A stretch of DNA of 62,430 nucleotides, the filler included, from Barthelona sp. PAP020 (Eukaryota), in assembly GCA_040182905.1 (NCBI GenBank). It is 7 parts of 7 records of this genome, joined end to end, with 100 filler letters (N's around TTAATTAATTAA, not from the genome) between each part and the next. Parts side by side here need not be neighbours in the genome. Positions count along the whole stretch, not along the records: positions 44,811 to 53,580 come from JARQWU010000445.1; positions 53,681 to 62,430 come from JARQWU010000446.1; 5 more parts are not named here. One strand, given 5' to 3'. Positions 49,187 to 58,983 of the stretch are shown here, in pieces; the first letter of the stretch is position 1, and every line of letters begins with the position of its first letter. The notes beneath the pieces are model-generated. The model made no database searches. It saw only the letters and a list, made by a program, of their open reading frames with translations, and was not told where the DNA came from. Made by a program: the position numbers and the translations under genes.

Positions 49187-50371
49187 TTATTCTTCATCTA
49201 AATGAGAAAGCAATTCTCTTTCCGTCATAAATTCCTTCAATATCTCATCAGAAACTTCTTTTCTTCTATCTTGATGTCTTTGGGTTAAATTAATCAATAT
49301 TTCAACCAATTTATCAATAATTGAGTCATCATCTTGCTGGACAAGTTCCACAAGTTCATCATCATTCTCTAAAAAGAAGGACAGATTCATTATGGCGTTT
49401 TCTCTGGAAACAGGTTTATGGTCATATATTGGCAAATTTCCCATATATCTTTCTCCTAAAATAACTCTTTTTACTTCTTCTTCTGAATCCGTAACATAAA
49501 TACAAGTGCTTTTAGCAGAAGCAGACATTTTTCCTTTTCCTGCTTCAGTAAACAAAGCAGGCAAAAATTTAGAATGAATTAACGCAGGTTTATACTGTTT
49601 TGGCTTGACTTTAACAGCAACTTTACGAATTTGTCGGAAATAGTTATCTTGATCGATAGCACATGGAACGAGACAAGGAACGATTGGCTTTTTAGTTTTT
49701 TCTTTAGCTGCATCGATGCACCTCTCTAAAACAATAGGGAAACATTGTGAAAAACATGGTGCTTCTTGAACTGAAGGCCAAGCAATTTTTCCAAGAGAAT
49801 TGTTAAAATTAATGCCAAAAACACAGTCGTTATAGTGTACTGACACTTCTTTTCTAATAGCTCTGATTGAAGGATATAAACGATCAATATATTGAGTATC
49901 AAGGAAAATAAAAGTTCTTTTTGGGTCAAAACCGCATGCAATAATGTCTTTTGCATTTTCATAACCAAAATTTGTGCATTCATCAAGTGTTAAATTTTCC
50001 TTGAAAATGAATTTTTCATCATCAGTCATTTGAATAACAACAGGAACTTTGAATGCTTGTTGTAACCATTGAGTGAATTGGAAAGGTATTAAATGTCCTA
50101 AATGAAGAGCTGTTGAAGATGGTCCCCTTCCTGTGTAAATATAGAAGGGAATATCATTTTCATAAGCGTCTAAAATCATTTCTAATTCACGATGAGAAAA
50201 GAACAACCCACGTCTTAACCAAGGGTGACACGGTTGTTTGGTAACCCTTTCAATACGTTCAATTAACTCGTTATCAATTAAAGTTGTCCCAAATTCTTTA
50301 ACTAATCTATCATAATCTATTTCACCGCCATCAGCTTGAACTTCCCAAGGCGTAACAACTTGATTTGACAT
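49187..50371 (-). CDS. WARS: Cytosolic-type tryptophanyl-tRNA synthetase with altered C-terminal domain
   Basis: VVTPWEV, YTGRGPSS, HLGH, QMTDDEKF, AIDQD, KMSAS. Confidence 0.93.
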   Translation of the reverse strand: MSNQVVTPWEVQADGGEIDYDRLVKEFGTTLIDNELIERIERVTKQPCHPWLRRGLFFSHRELEMILDAYENDIPFYIYTGRGPSSTALHLGHLIPFQFTQWLQQAFKVPVVIQMTDDEKFIFKENLTLDECTNFGYENAKDIIACGFDPKRTFIFLDTQYIDRLYPSIRAIRKEVSVHYNDCVFGINFNNSLGKIAWPSVQEAPCFSQCFPIVLERCIDAAKEKTKKPIVPCLVPCAIDQDNYFRQIRKVAVKVKPKQYKPALIHSKFLPALFTEAGKGKMSASAKSTCIYVTDSEEEVKRVILGERYMGNLPIYDHKPVSRENAIMNLSFFLENDDELVELVQQDDDSIIDKLVEILINLTQRHQDRRKEVSDEILKEFMTERELLSHLDEE

Positions 50372-50520
50372 ATTCTAATAAAAAAATTTAAATTCCCAAT
50401 TTTATATTGCTTGAAATTTTGTCAATTTTTTGTTAAATGTCATGATTATACATCAATTAGAAAATAAAAAGAAACCAGAAACACAATTGTTTTTTATGCA
50501 CATAAAATTGAAATGGGAAA

Positions 50521-51177
50521 TTATTCTTCTTTAACTTCTTCAACATTTTCTTCCAGAGCTTCTTCAATCTCTTCATCTTCTTCAATATTTTCTACATTTG
50601 AAGATTGAGAACGATAAGCAAGCATTTGTTCATTCAATTCATTGGGGTCGATTGCAGCAAGTTCAGCATCACTTCTTTCTTTTTCAGCTTTTCTTTTTTC
50701 ATCTCTCTTTTTCTTTTTATCAGCTTTCTTTTTGATCTCAAGATCTTTTTTTTTCTTTTTTTCAGCTTCTTCCTTAGCTTTCTTTTCAGCAACAGAAGCA
50801 GAACGAGTGTGGATATCCAAACCCATTGATCTAACAACAATTCTTTCATTGTTAATAGAAACACCATCATAGTTTGAAACAGCAGCTTCTGCAGCTTGTT
50901 GAGTAACGTATATGATTTCACAGGTTGAGAACTTTTTTCCTTCATAAATGACAAGACTTTTAATACGTCCAGCATTTCCAAAAACTTCTCTCAACTCATC
51001 TTCAGTGACATGTTTTAATTTGGAAACTTTGATACGATAACCTGTTGAACTGATGGAAGAAGGGGCTTTCTTCGAAGAACGAGGTTTGGGAGGATATTCT
51101 TCAGAACGATTTGAACGACGAGGAGGACGGCGATCTCTATTTGGAGATTTTCTTTCGTCATAACCAATCTTGATCAT
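50521..51177 (-). CDS. RRM RNA-binding protein (ALY/REF-like)
   Basis: RRM IKVSKLKHVTEDELREVF...CEIIY..QQAAEAAVSNYDGVSIN; C-terminal ELNEQMLAY resembles the REF-C motif. Confidence 0.65.
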   Translation of the reverse strand: MIKIGYDERKSPNRDRRPPRRSNRSEEYPPKPRSSKKAPSSISSTGYRIKVSKLKHVTEDELREVFGNAGRIKSLVIYEGKKFSTCEIIYVTQQAAEAAVSNYDGVSINNERIVVRSMGLDIHTRSASVAEKKAKEEAEKKKKKDLEIKKKADKKKKRDEKRKAEKERSDAELAAIDPNELNEQMLAYRSQSSNVENIEEDEEIEEALEENVEEVKEE

Positions 51178-51441
51178 TTTTTTTAAAAAAAAAGTTTGTT
51201 CATTTTTGCAATAGAATTTTTAAATTGTTTTTTATTTTGATTCATATTTTTAATTATTTGACTTCAATGTTTGAATTAAAATAAAAATACCAAGAAATTA
51301 CTTTTTTACTGCAAAAGAAGCAGAATTGACTTCTTTCAATTTTTAAATCTTCTCATCACTGAAGTTCTCACGAGTTTTTCAACAGAATCAGATGTAAAAA
51401 ATAAATGATTATCGGATGACGCAGAAAATTTATTTTAAAGA

Positions 51442-51876
51442 TTAATTTTTCTTTTTAAGAACAACACGTTTTCTGTTTTGTTGGAAGTGTTCATAACTGA
51501 AAACCTTTTCTTGAGGAACAACATCTTGATTATTTTCAGCTTGAGACTTTCTTTCAAATCCAGCTTTGTCTTCATCTCTGTTTTGGTTGTCACGATAAAA
51601 AGTTCCTTTTCTGTTATCATTTCTTCCTTGACCAGATTTACGATCAAAGGCTCTCTTACGAGTATGTTGCTTTTCCTTGTGGGATCTGTTGTCACGAGCA
51701 CCCTTGGCTACAACATTTTTGGCATCTTCAAAATCTAATATTAGTGTGATAAATCAAAAAACAATTGAAAATTAAAAAGTATGAACAAAAACAATACCTT
51801 TAGAGACAGTAACTTGGGGTTTGGGTTGAGGTTCCTCATCAGCAGCCAAATTGGCGAAAACGTTTGCATTGAACAT
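51442..51876 (-). CDS. Stm1/SERBP1 (HABP4)-like ribosome-binding protein; intron 51735-51797
   Basis: Spliced translation MFNANVFANLAADEE...HTRKRAFDRKSGQGRNDNRKG...KVFSYEHF..*; KRxFDRxSG motif; 63-nt GT-AG intron; not called correctly in the ORF track. Confidence 0.75.
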
Positions 51877-51940
51877 GTTTTAATGAAACAAAGAAAGAAG
51901 AACTTTTGTAAATTTTTTTTCAACAAAAATTGAATTTCTT

Positions 51941-52040
51941 AAACACTTTTTTTGTTAGTGATGAATCTTGATCAATGCTTTTTACCTCGATCAACCCCGT
52001 CACTACGAATTATACGTGGTATTTTAATTTTTTGTACTTT
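51941..52040 (+). ncRNA. U5: Candidate U5 spliceosomal snRNA
   Basis: Stem TAGTGA/TCACTA; stem TTGATCAA/TCGATCAA closing an 11-nt loop TGCTTTTTACC (canonical UGCCUUUUACY); CCG in the 3' internal loop at 51997-51999; Sm-like site AATTTTTTG at 52026-52034. Confidence 0.65.
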
Positions 52041-52155
52041 TTTTCAATCATAATAATTTTTTTAAAAATGCAAATTGTTTTTTTTTTCAAACTTCAAAAT
52101 TAGACTCTTTCTTTGTTTTACATCCATGATAATTTGGATTTTTTTTTGTTTTTTG

Positions 52156-52848
52156 ATGGTTCAAGCAAAAAATGTGAAAATTAGATCTTCTTCAAGGAAA
52201 TTGAGTCGAAAATTCCCAATTAAAGATGTTACGAAGAAAAAAGAATTTGTACAAAGCGATATTTTTTCAATTGTTGAAGGAAATGTTGAAAATTTAAGAC
52301 AATGCCACATCATTGAAAATATTAAGCCTGTTTTATCTGAATCTTTACCATTGGTTCGAGTTATTGATGGAAAAGTTTTGAAAATAGAAAATGAATTTGT
52401 TTATAAGGAATTGGTTTTTAATAACAGTTCCTTTCAAAAGGTTTATGAATATTTGTATGCCAAATTAAATGAATCTCAGCTTGAAAATTTGAATGATGAA
52501 AAAGAAAAAAAGATATTTGTTGCAGTGTTACAAGATACCAATGAATTAGTTGCAGCAGTATTAGTTGAGAATATTAATGAAGCATATAACGTAAAATACA
52601 ATTCAAATGTGATTCGAAAAATGGAAATAGAAAGAGATGTGGAATTGGGTGTTTCACACCTATTTACGGAAGTTCCGTTTCGAAGAAAAGGGTTAGCGAC
52701 TAATTGTTTGAATTTGGCGTTGGTTCATTTTTTCAAACATAAAAACATCATGAAATCTCAAGTGGCCATGTCATCACCTACAAGACTTGGGAATAGTTTT
52801 AGCAAAGGTTTTTGGGGAGTCGATTTTAAAGCATATGACCCATTTTAA
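52156..52848 (+). CDS. ECO1: Eco1/ESCO cohesin acetyltransferase
   Basis: LGVSHLFTEVPFRRKGLATNCL and VAMSSPTRLGNSF match ESCO GNAT motifs. Confidence 0.8.
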   Translation: MVQAKNVKIRSSSRKLSRKFPIKDVTKKKEFVQSDIFSIVEGNVENLRQCHIIENIKPVLSESLPLVRVIDGKVLKIENEFVYKELVFNNSSFQKVYEYLYAKLNESQLENLNDEKEKKIFVAVLQDTNELVAAVLVENINEAYNVKYNSNVIRKMEIERDVELGVSHLFTEVPFRRKGLATNCLNLALVHFFKHKNIMKSQVAMSSPTRLGNSFSKGFWGVDFKAYDPF

Positions 52849-53474
52849 TTGTTGATCATTTGTATTTTTTTGAATTGACGAATTTTTTGTTCATAACGGA
52901 CGATTTTCTGTATCAACAATGAAATTATTGGAGCAAAGTTGAGTTTCAAAATATTGTTCAAATTTTAATTGCATGTATGGATGTTCAATTACAAAATTGA
53001 CATGGTAAATTTAATTTCTTCAAATTTTTTTTTAGAGATGTGAAAACATTGATTTCACAAGATGCCAAAAACACCAAAGAAATTGGAAATTTTTCACAAA
53101 AATTGCTTTTTCTTCAAGGATTTAGATATGAATAAATGATTTTCGAATTTTTATTTGTCTTTTTGGGGTTTTTTTTCCTTATTTTCTCAATTTCATTATT
53201 GAAAATTTAACATTTTTTTCTTCTCACATACTATAGATATTGGGTAAGAAAAGCATTTAATTCAACCAAAACTTTATAAAACATTCCAAAAAACAAATGT
53301 TGAAAATAAACATTTTAAATGCTTAAAAAATTAAAAAAAGGTCGTTTAAGAGATTGAAACTTAAGACAAACACAACAAATGTAGAATCAATAGTCTAAAA
53401 TTTGGAAGAAAAAAATTGAAAAAGTTGACAAAAAAATTTTCTTTTTTCTCAACAACAAAACTTTATTTGCACAA

Positions 53475-53580
53475 ATGGTTGGTTGATATGATTCAATATT
53501 TCACATTATTGTGATCTTTATTCCTTTATTATACATGTAATATCACTAATATTTAGGTTAGCAGACTTTCAAAGAACAGA
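53475..53580 (+). CDS. Possible 5' end of ribosomal protein L27a (uL15); intron 53478-53556 directly after ATG
   Basis: ATG|GT...CACTAATATTTAG|GTTAGCAGACTTTCAAAGAACAGA gives MVSRLSKNR, similar to the uL15 N-terminus; cut by gap. Confidence 0.4.
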
Positions 53581-53680
53581 NNNNNNNNNNNNNNNNNNNN
53601 NNNNNNNNNNNNNNNNNNNNNNNNTTAATTAATTAANNNNNNNNNNNNNNNNNNNNNNNNNNNNNNNNNNNNNNNNNNNN

Positions 53681-53786
53681 TTCAACAGATCAATCGGGCC
53701 TCGAAAGCCTTTAACCAAATAAACACCATTCTTTTTTATTCACTCATACGCACAGTGCTCTTTGGCTTGGAAATAATCTATTTTCC

Positions 53787-53817
<31 letters not shown>
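53681..53817 (+). repeat. Copy of the 36146 repeat followed by A26
   Basis: About 95 nt near-identity with 36146-36241. Confidence 0.75.
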
Positions 53818-53849
53818 TCATTTATTTTATTCCATTTTCTGGAATCTGA

Positions 53850-55343
53850 TTATTGAATTTTAAGATTATGACTACTGGGCAACACTTGAAGATGCTTTGT
53901 GTGATGATCGTTTTCATTCTTGGAAACAAATTCAAATTCTTCAATACTTTCAATATCAAGCAAAGTAAGATAATCTTCATGCCCCAAAACATTGCTGGAT
54001 AATTTAGATGGAAAGACAAATTCCAACAGATAACCATTGACGGCCCAAAAAATAAATTCCCAAAAAATAGTTCGCAAATATTCATACTTCCAAACATTAG
54101 CGTAAGAAGCATTGTCCAAAATGACTTCTATAATCTTAAATACAATAGATATCATAACAATAAATCCCAAATATACAAAAAACGTTTTAACATTAACAAG
54201 ACGCTTGGCCAAACTTAAGGGTGCTAACTTACCAATGATTTGACGAAATTTATTTATTGTGGTCAGTAATCCCCCAAAAATAATGACCAACCAAATGGAT
54301 TCAATTAAAAATGACGAAACGTTCAGAGCATTAACAAGCAAATAGTTTACATTCTGATAAGAAGCAATTTCTTGAAAGTATGATCTCAAACAAGTGATAA
54401 AAAAATTGACACCACTGAAAATCACAATTCTTTGCCACATCACTTTTCCAACTTGAATTTGCAAAATAGAACCCAAACTTAAATATGCTAAAATCAAATG
54501 AGCAAACACATTCCTACAACTCTGACAACTTAAAAAAAGTATGAATATCAAATTATTGGCAGAACCTCGTGAATTTATTTCTTTATAATTCAACCAACCA
54601 AACAGATTTTGACAAAAATTTATTACTAACAATATGTTGTACATGCTGACAATAACAGATGTTTTATTCATATTTTTTCTTTTGAAAGAAGAAACAAAAT
54701 AAAACAGAAAAAATAAAAGACTAAAAATACTCAAAATACCCATCAAAACATATGTATGGATAACGCTTCCAGATAATTGCCCATAACTGTTGATAAATTT
54801 AACCTTCCCATGTAATCTCAATTTACCTCCACATTCAATTGACTCAGGATCAGGATTTGGTGGTAATTCATCACAACTAATAATTCCAAAATAATAACAG
54901 TCAGTTCGATTCACCCGAAGTTTAGTGTGAAGTTTCATTGTGGGTAACTCATAAGTGAAATCATTTGTTATCAGATGGTAAGCTCCAAAAGGTAATATAT
55001 TTTCCAATAACGTTGAATTATGAGGGCAATACTCATCTATCGAAGCATGAATTTGAAGAAATTCATCATTATTCAATAAAACAACAAAAAATCGTTGTGA
55101 TGAGGTTATATGATAATCATCATCAAATATAAGAGAAACATAACCTTCCGCTTCAACATATGGATGCACATCTTGTGATATTGGAGAATCTTCCTTTGAA
55201 AATACTGCCCTACGATAAAAAATCGAATTAGGCGACTTCTTAAACATTATATCAATATCAGACGAAGGCAATAATGATCTACCTGAACAAATTTTCAACA
55301 ATTCAATTGAAACAACACAAATAACAAAAAGACTTTTTAACAT
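53850..55343 (-). CDS. GPR107/108-TMEM87 (GOST, lung 7TM) family protein
   Basis: Signal peptide, luminal domain ending GKVKFINSYGQLS, seven TM helices, WKYEYLRTIFWEFIF. Confidence 0.75.
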   Translation of the reverse strand: MLKSLFVICVVSIELLKICSGRSLLPSSDIDIMFKKSPNSIFYRRAVFSKEDSPISQDVHPYVEAEGYVSLIFDDDYHITSSQRFFVVLLNNDEFLQIHASIDEYCPHNSTLLENILPFGAYHLITNDFTYELPTMKLHTKLRVNRTDCYYFGIISCDELPPNPDPESIECGGKLRLHGKVKFINSYGQLSGSVIHTYVLMGILSIFSLLFFLFYFVSSFKRKNMNKTSVIVSMYNILLVINFCQNLFGWLNYKEINSRGSANNLIFILFLSCQSCRNVFAHLILAYLSLGSILQIQVGKVMWQRIVIFSGVNFFITCLRSYFQEIASYQNVNYLLVNALNVSSFLIESIWLVIIFGGLLTTINKFRQIIGKLAPLSLAKRLVNVKTFFVYLGFIVMISIVFKIIEVILDNASYANVWKYEYLRTIFWEFIFWAVNGYLLEFVFPSKLSSNVLGHEDYLTLLDIESIEEFEFVSKNENDHHTKHLQVLPSSHNLKIQ

Positions 55344-55422
55344 CGATTCAATAAATTATATACTGATACAAATAATAAAAACCATTTGCTTATCAATAAC
55401 AAAGGTGGGTTCAATTAAAAAA

Positions 55423-55791
55423 ATGGTAAATGATCAACTTTCAAATTTTTTTAATCGTTTTATTCTTGCTATACAACTTCAGAATTATCCTGATTACACA
55501 GCTTTTGATATAAATGAAGAAAATGCTTTCAAAGGAAAGGGAATATACAATAAACCTGATTGTTCACTTTTAACAAATCTCAAATTCAATTATAGCTTCA
55601 ATTCTTTTAATATTAATAATAATATACAAAAATTTACGGAAAAATCCCAAAAAATAGCTTGTATTAGAAAGATAGAAGGATTTGAGTTGGGAAACAATTT
55701 AATCATACAAATTGTTTTTTCAAATATTTATATGAGTTATAGTTTAAAACAAAGGCGAAAATCAAGAAATTCCTTCAAAAAACCACATTGA
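55423..55791 (+). CDS. Hypothetical short ORF
   Basis: Open frame only. Confidence 0.25.
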   Translation: MVNDQLSNFFNRFILAIQLQNYPDYTAFDINEENAFKGKGIYNKPDCSLLTNLKFNYSFNSFNINNNIQKFTEKSQKIACIRKIEGFELGNNLIIQIVFSNIYMSYSLKQRRKSRNSFKKPH

Positions 55792-55928
55792 ATTCAAATC
55801 AAACTAAAATTCTTGATCTTTCCTTAAAACAAATTATTTTTGTAACATTGTTGGCAAATCCTACAAATAAAATAATGCTGAAGCTCAAAAAAATCACCCT
55901 TTTTTGGCATTTGTGTTTTTTTTTCGTC

Positions 55929-56990
55929 ATGTCAACCCAAAATTCGACTTCAATTGAAAATGTGGAATTTTTTGAATCTTTAGAATGTCTCAAATCAATG
56001 AAAAACGAAAATGAAACATCAACTTCGGCAATATTTTCCACAATAATTAATGAAGCGGTTGATATCGAAACCGTCGATGAAATATTCGTTATAAGTGATG
56101 ATTTTTCGAGGGGTAATTTAGATTCTGAATTTGACTTTGTGGATGAAATTACGATTCAAAATACCGATGATTCCGAACAACTAATAGATATCAATTCTAA
56201 TATTTCAAAGATTTCAGATTTTTTGTTTATTGCTGGGAAAAAAGAAGCTTTGGACTTCTCATTATTGCAGAAAATTGGTATAACTCACATTATTAGCTTA
56301 ATACCAATGTCACATTTTGATAAGTATGACAAATATTTTAATCATTTTGTGAGGACCATTGACAATGGTCATGATGCCTATATTTTGGATGTTGCTTGTG
56401 ATTGCGTTTCCTTTTATGATTTGATGCTTTTAAATTGCGGTAAAATGCTAATTCATTGTCAATATGCCGTTTCAAGATCTGCTTCAATAGTTTTGAGTAT
56501 ATTAATGTTGAGGGAAGGGTTATCCTTTGTCAATGCATTCAACACTCTGGTTGATTTGCATAAGCTAACAAATCCTAGTCCTTCCTTTATTTTTCAATTG
56601 AAGGTTCTTGAATCATTTCTTATTAAACATATGTCCGTTAACGTTTCTGTTGGTTTTGATGTTGATCAAATGAAGAGTTCCCTGAAGCAATATTATACTG
56701 AATGCTTAAAGAAAGAAGAAAAAAGCCACGTGAAACTGGAGTCAAGTGACAACGTTTTCATCAACGACAGTAACTTATCTTCTTTTTCCACTTTCGAAGA
56801 CACTTCTTCAAACAGTACAGGTATCCCTTTGAACAATAACAAATATCTAATTGACAATGAAATTGATTTTCCGACAACAGATAATGACGAAAATAATTTC
56901 AATTTTGTTGATCTTTGCCTGTCTTCATTCAATTCTGACACCTACTCCTCTCAACACAGCAACAATGTTTCCTTGGAAATTTTGAATTGA
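55929..56990 (+). CDS. Dual-specificity protein phosphatase
   Basis: ISKISDFLFIAG, LQKIGITHIISL, LIHCQYAVSRSASIV, NPSPSFIFQL. Confidence 0.88.
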   Translation: MSTQNSTSIENVEFFESLECLKSMKNENETSTSAIFSTIINEAVDIETVDEIFVISDDFSRGNLDSEFDFVDEITIQNTDDSEQLIDINSNISKISDFLFIAGKKEALDFSLLQKIGITHIISLIPMSHFDKYDKYFNHFVRTIDNGHDAYILDVACDCVSFYDLMLLNCGKMLIHCQYAVSRSASIVLSILMLREGLSFVNAFNTLVDLHKLTNPSPSFIFQLKVLESFLIKHMSVNVSVGFDVDQMKSSLKQYYTECLKKEEKSHVKLESSDNVFINDSNLSSFSTFEDTSSNSTGIPLNNNKYLIDNEIDFPTTDNDENNFNFVDLCLSSFNSDTYSSQHSNNVSLEILN

Positions 56991-57185
56991 TCTTTTTGTT
57001 GGTGGCATCAGACATCTTGCACAGTTCTTTCAGCTATATGTTTCTCATAATGCATCACTGCATTCAATTTATTTCCGTGATTGAGTGAGTGGTTTCTCTT
57101 TTGAGGTTTTATGGCTTCCACAGCAAAATGATTTCTTTTTCTTTTTAACAGAAAGATTTATCTTTACCATTCAGCAACAGTCGTC

Positions 57186-57188
<3 letters not shown>

Positions 57189-57250
<62 letters not shown>
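57189..57250. repeat. (GA)31 microsatellite
   Basis: Direct read. Confidence 0.98.
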
Positions 57251-57256
<6 letters not shown>

Positions 57257-57507
57257 TTGGGGTGATTAAAGAAACCTTGAAATTTCAACAAAAAAAAAAA
57301 CCAAATTTCTTTCATTTTTGTAAACAATAATACATTGCATCGTCTTTTTTTTATACATTGTGTGGCAAATCATTTTGAACCTTGACTGAATCTTGTGACA
57401 ATCAAGCAAAAATAACATATCTTGAATATTTAGGCTAATTTTTAAACAAAAAGAATTAATATTTACAAAAAACCACCATAAAAACCATTCAAAACAATTC
57501 AAAAAAT

Positions 57508-58566
57508 TCAAATGTGAACACCAGAAACTAAAGGAATGTCATCATAAACCAAAACAAAATAAAACGGTCTATCAACAATAAAATTCATCTTCTTTGGTCT
57601 TGGTTTGAATGAAGCTGATTTCGTCATCACAACAACAGTTGCAGCAGCTGCAATAGTGCCTTTCTCATCAACCTTAATTTTACACCTGTGTAAAGCCTTA
57701 TCAATATAATAACTAACGCCACCAGAACTCAATTTTAAAAAATTTGCATCACCTGTGAACATTTGACCCAGACCATGATTTGTCCAAACAGCCTCAAGAT
57801 CAACATCTGTTTCAAAATTAAATTTAGGAAATTTCAAAGTTCCCACTTCTCTTTCAACAAAAAATCGGGAATCAGTTGTTGAAAATCTTTCAAAGTCATG
57901 CAATATTGAAAAAATAGATTCCGGCTCACCATTCTTTGGTATAAATATTCTTAAAGCATGACTTTTTTCATTGTATGGAATTGCAATACCATGACAATCA
58001 TCAAACTCAAAATACTTCAATTTTCGATTTTGATCTTTTAAATACTGTTTAGAAACTGTTTTATTATTTAATCCTGTGTATAAATCATCTACTACAGGAG
58101 GAAATGCGTTTTTCCAACTCTTTTTAAAAAAGAATGCATTAAAAATAGCTAGATCTAGCCTATCATTTGAAGCTTCGATCAACTTGGGAATTAGACCAGA
58201 AGTTTTTTTTGAAATCCAATCATTTATCAAGTGGTAAGAAATTGGAGAAAAATGGTCAGCTTCAAATGCTTCACATACAGTCAAAAACTCCCTGGAAAAA
58301 GAATCATCGTTTATTCCTATTCCGGTGTGAATCAATTGTCTATTTCCTCCAATCAATTTAAATGAATTACCCAATTCAATCAACTCATTTTGTTCAATGC
58401 CCAAATACTCCTCTAAAATACGTTTTGTATCCCCATTTGATCCACCTAATAACAACATCATTACTCCTACAATGGAAATAGGAGAAAACACAATGGATTC
58501 TCCAAAAGCATGTTCATAGAATCTCCTTTGGAATTGAGAACATATAAATGATAATTCGCTCACCAT
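57508..58566 (-). CDS. Serpin (inhibitory-type hinge, no signal peptide)
   Basis: VFSPISI, INDWISKKTSGLI, NAFFFKKSW, FPKFNFE, VDEKGTIAAAAT hinge, FIVDRPFYF. Confidence 0.93.
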   Translation of the reverse strand: MVSELSFICSQFQRRFYEHAFGESIVFSPISIVGVMMLLLGGSNGDTKRILEEYLGIEQNELIELGNSFKLIGGNRQLIHTGIGINDDSFSREFLTVCEAFEADHFSPISYHLINDWISKKTSGLIPKLIEASNDRLDLAIFNAFFFKKSWKNAFPPVVDDLYTGLNNKTVSKQYLKDQNRKLKYFEFDDCHGIAIPYNEKSHALRIFIPKNGEPESIFSILHDFERFSTTDSRFFVEREVGTLKFPKFNFETDVDLEAVWTNHGLGQMFTGDANFLKLSSGGVSYYIDKALHRCKIKVDEKGTIAAAATVVVMTKSASFKPRPKKMNFIVDRPFYFVLVYDDIPLVSGVHI

Positions 58567-58983
58567 TTCTTTTTAATTCTCGAATAAAAGATAATATTGT
58601 TGAAGAATTGGGGGAAAATTGAATTGAATTATCTTCACTCTTTTGCTTGCCTTTCCCCCATTTCTTGACCGGCTGTTCTAGCTATTGTTTTTGGAATTCA
58701 ACGTCCATCAAAACATTTTAAACCCCAAATTTCACAAAATTTTTGCTCGTTTTCTTCAAAACAAAAAGATATACTGTTTACAAAAAACATCATTACGTTT
58801 TTGAATGGATCAATAGAAATTTCTTTCACCCATTGGTTTGTGGAATCAAAACAGAAACAAGCAATCAAAATCTAATTCTAAATACTTCTTTTTAAAATAA
58901 GTGATGTTTATTAATTTTGAAAAAATAAAAAGTCTTGTTATTTATCACATTGCTAATTTTAAACAAAAAAATTTGTCATTTGT

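Noticed and set aside
49187..50371. UGA-to-Trp recoding suggested by the odd TrpRS
   Set aside because: TGA terminates the DUSP and serpin genes, and conserved ORFs have no in-frame TGA
51300..51430. Slightly GC-richer intergenic stretch with GTGATGA on the minus strand (possible C/D snoRNA)
   Set aside because: No downstream D box or terminal stem found
460..52848. Apparent cohesion/meiosis cluster (separase, MSH4, Eco1)
   Set aside because: Separase is on a different contig; MSH4 and Eco1 are separated by unrelated genes
8890..53680. Recurring TTAATTAATTAA palindrome and ~8.8 kb periodicity
   Set aside because: Artificial spacer flanked by Ns joining similarly sized contigs; not biological
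57085..57330. ORF with poly-ER tract
   Set aside because: Translation of the (GA)n microsatellite
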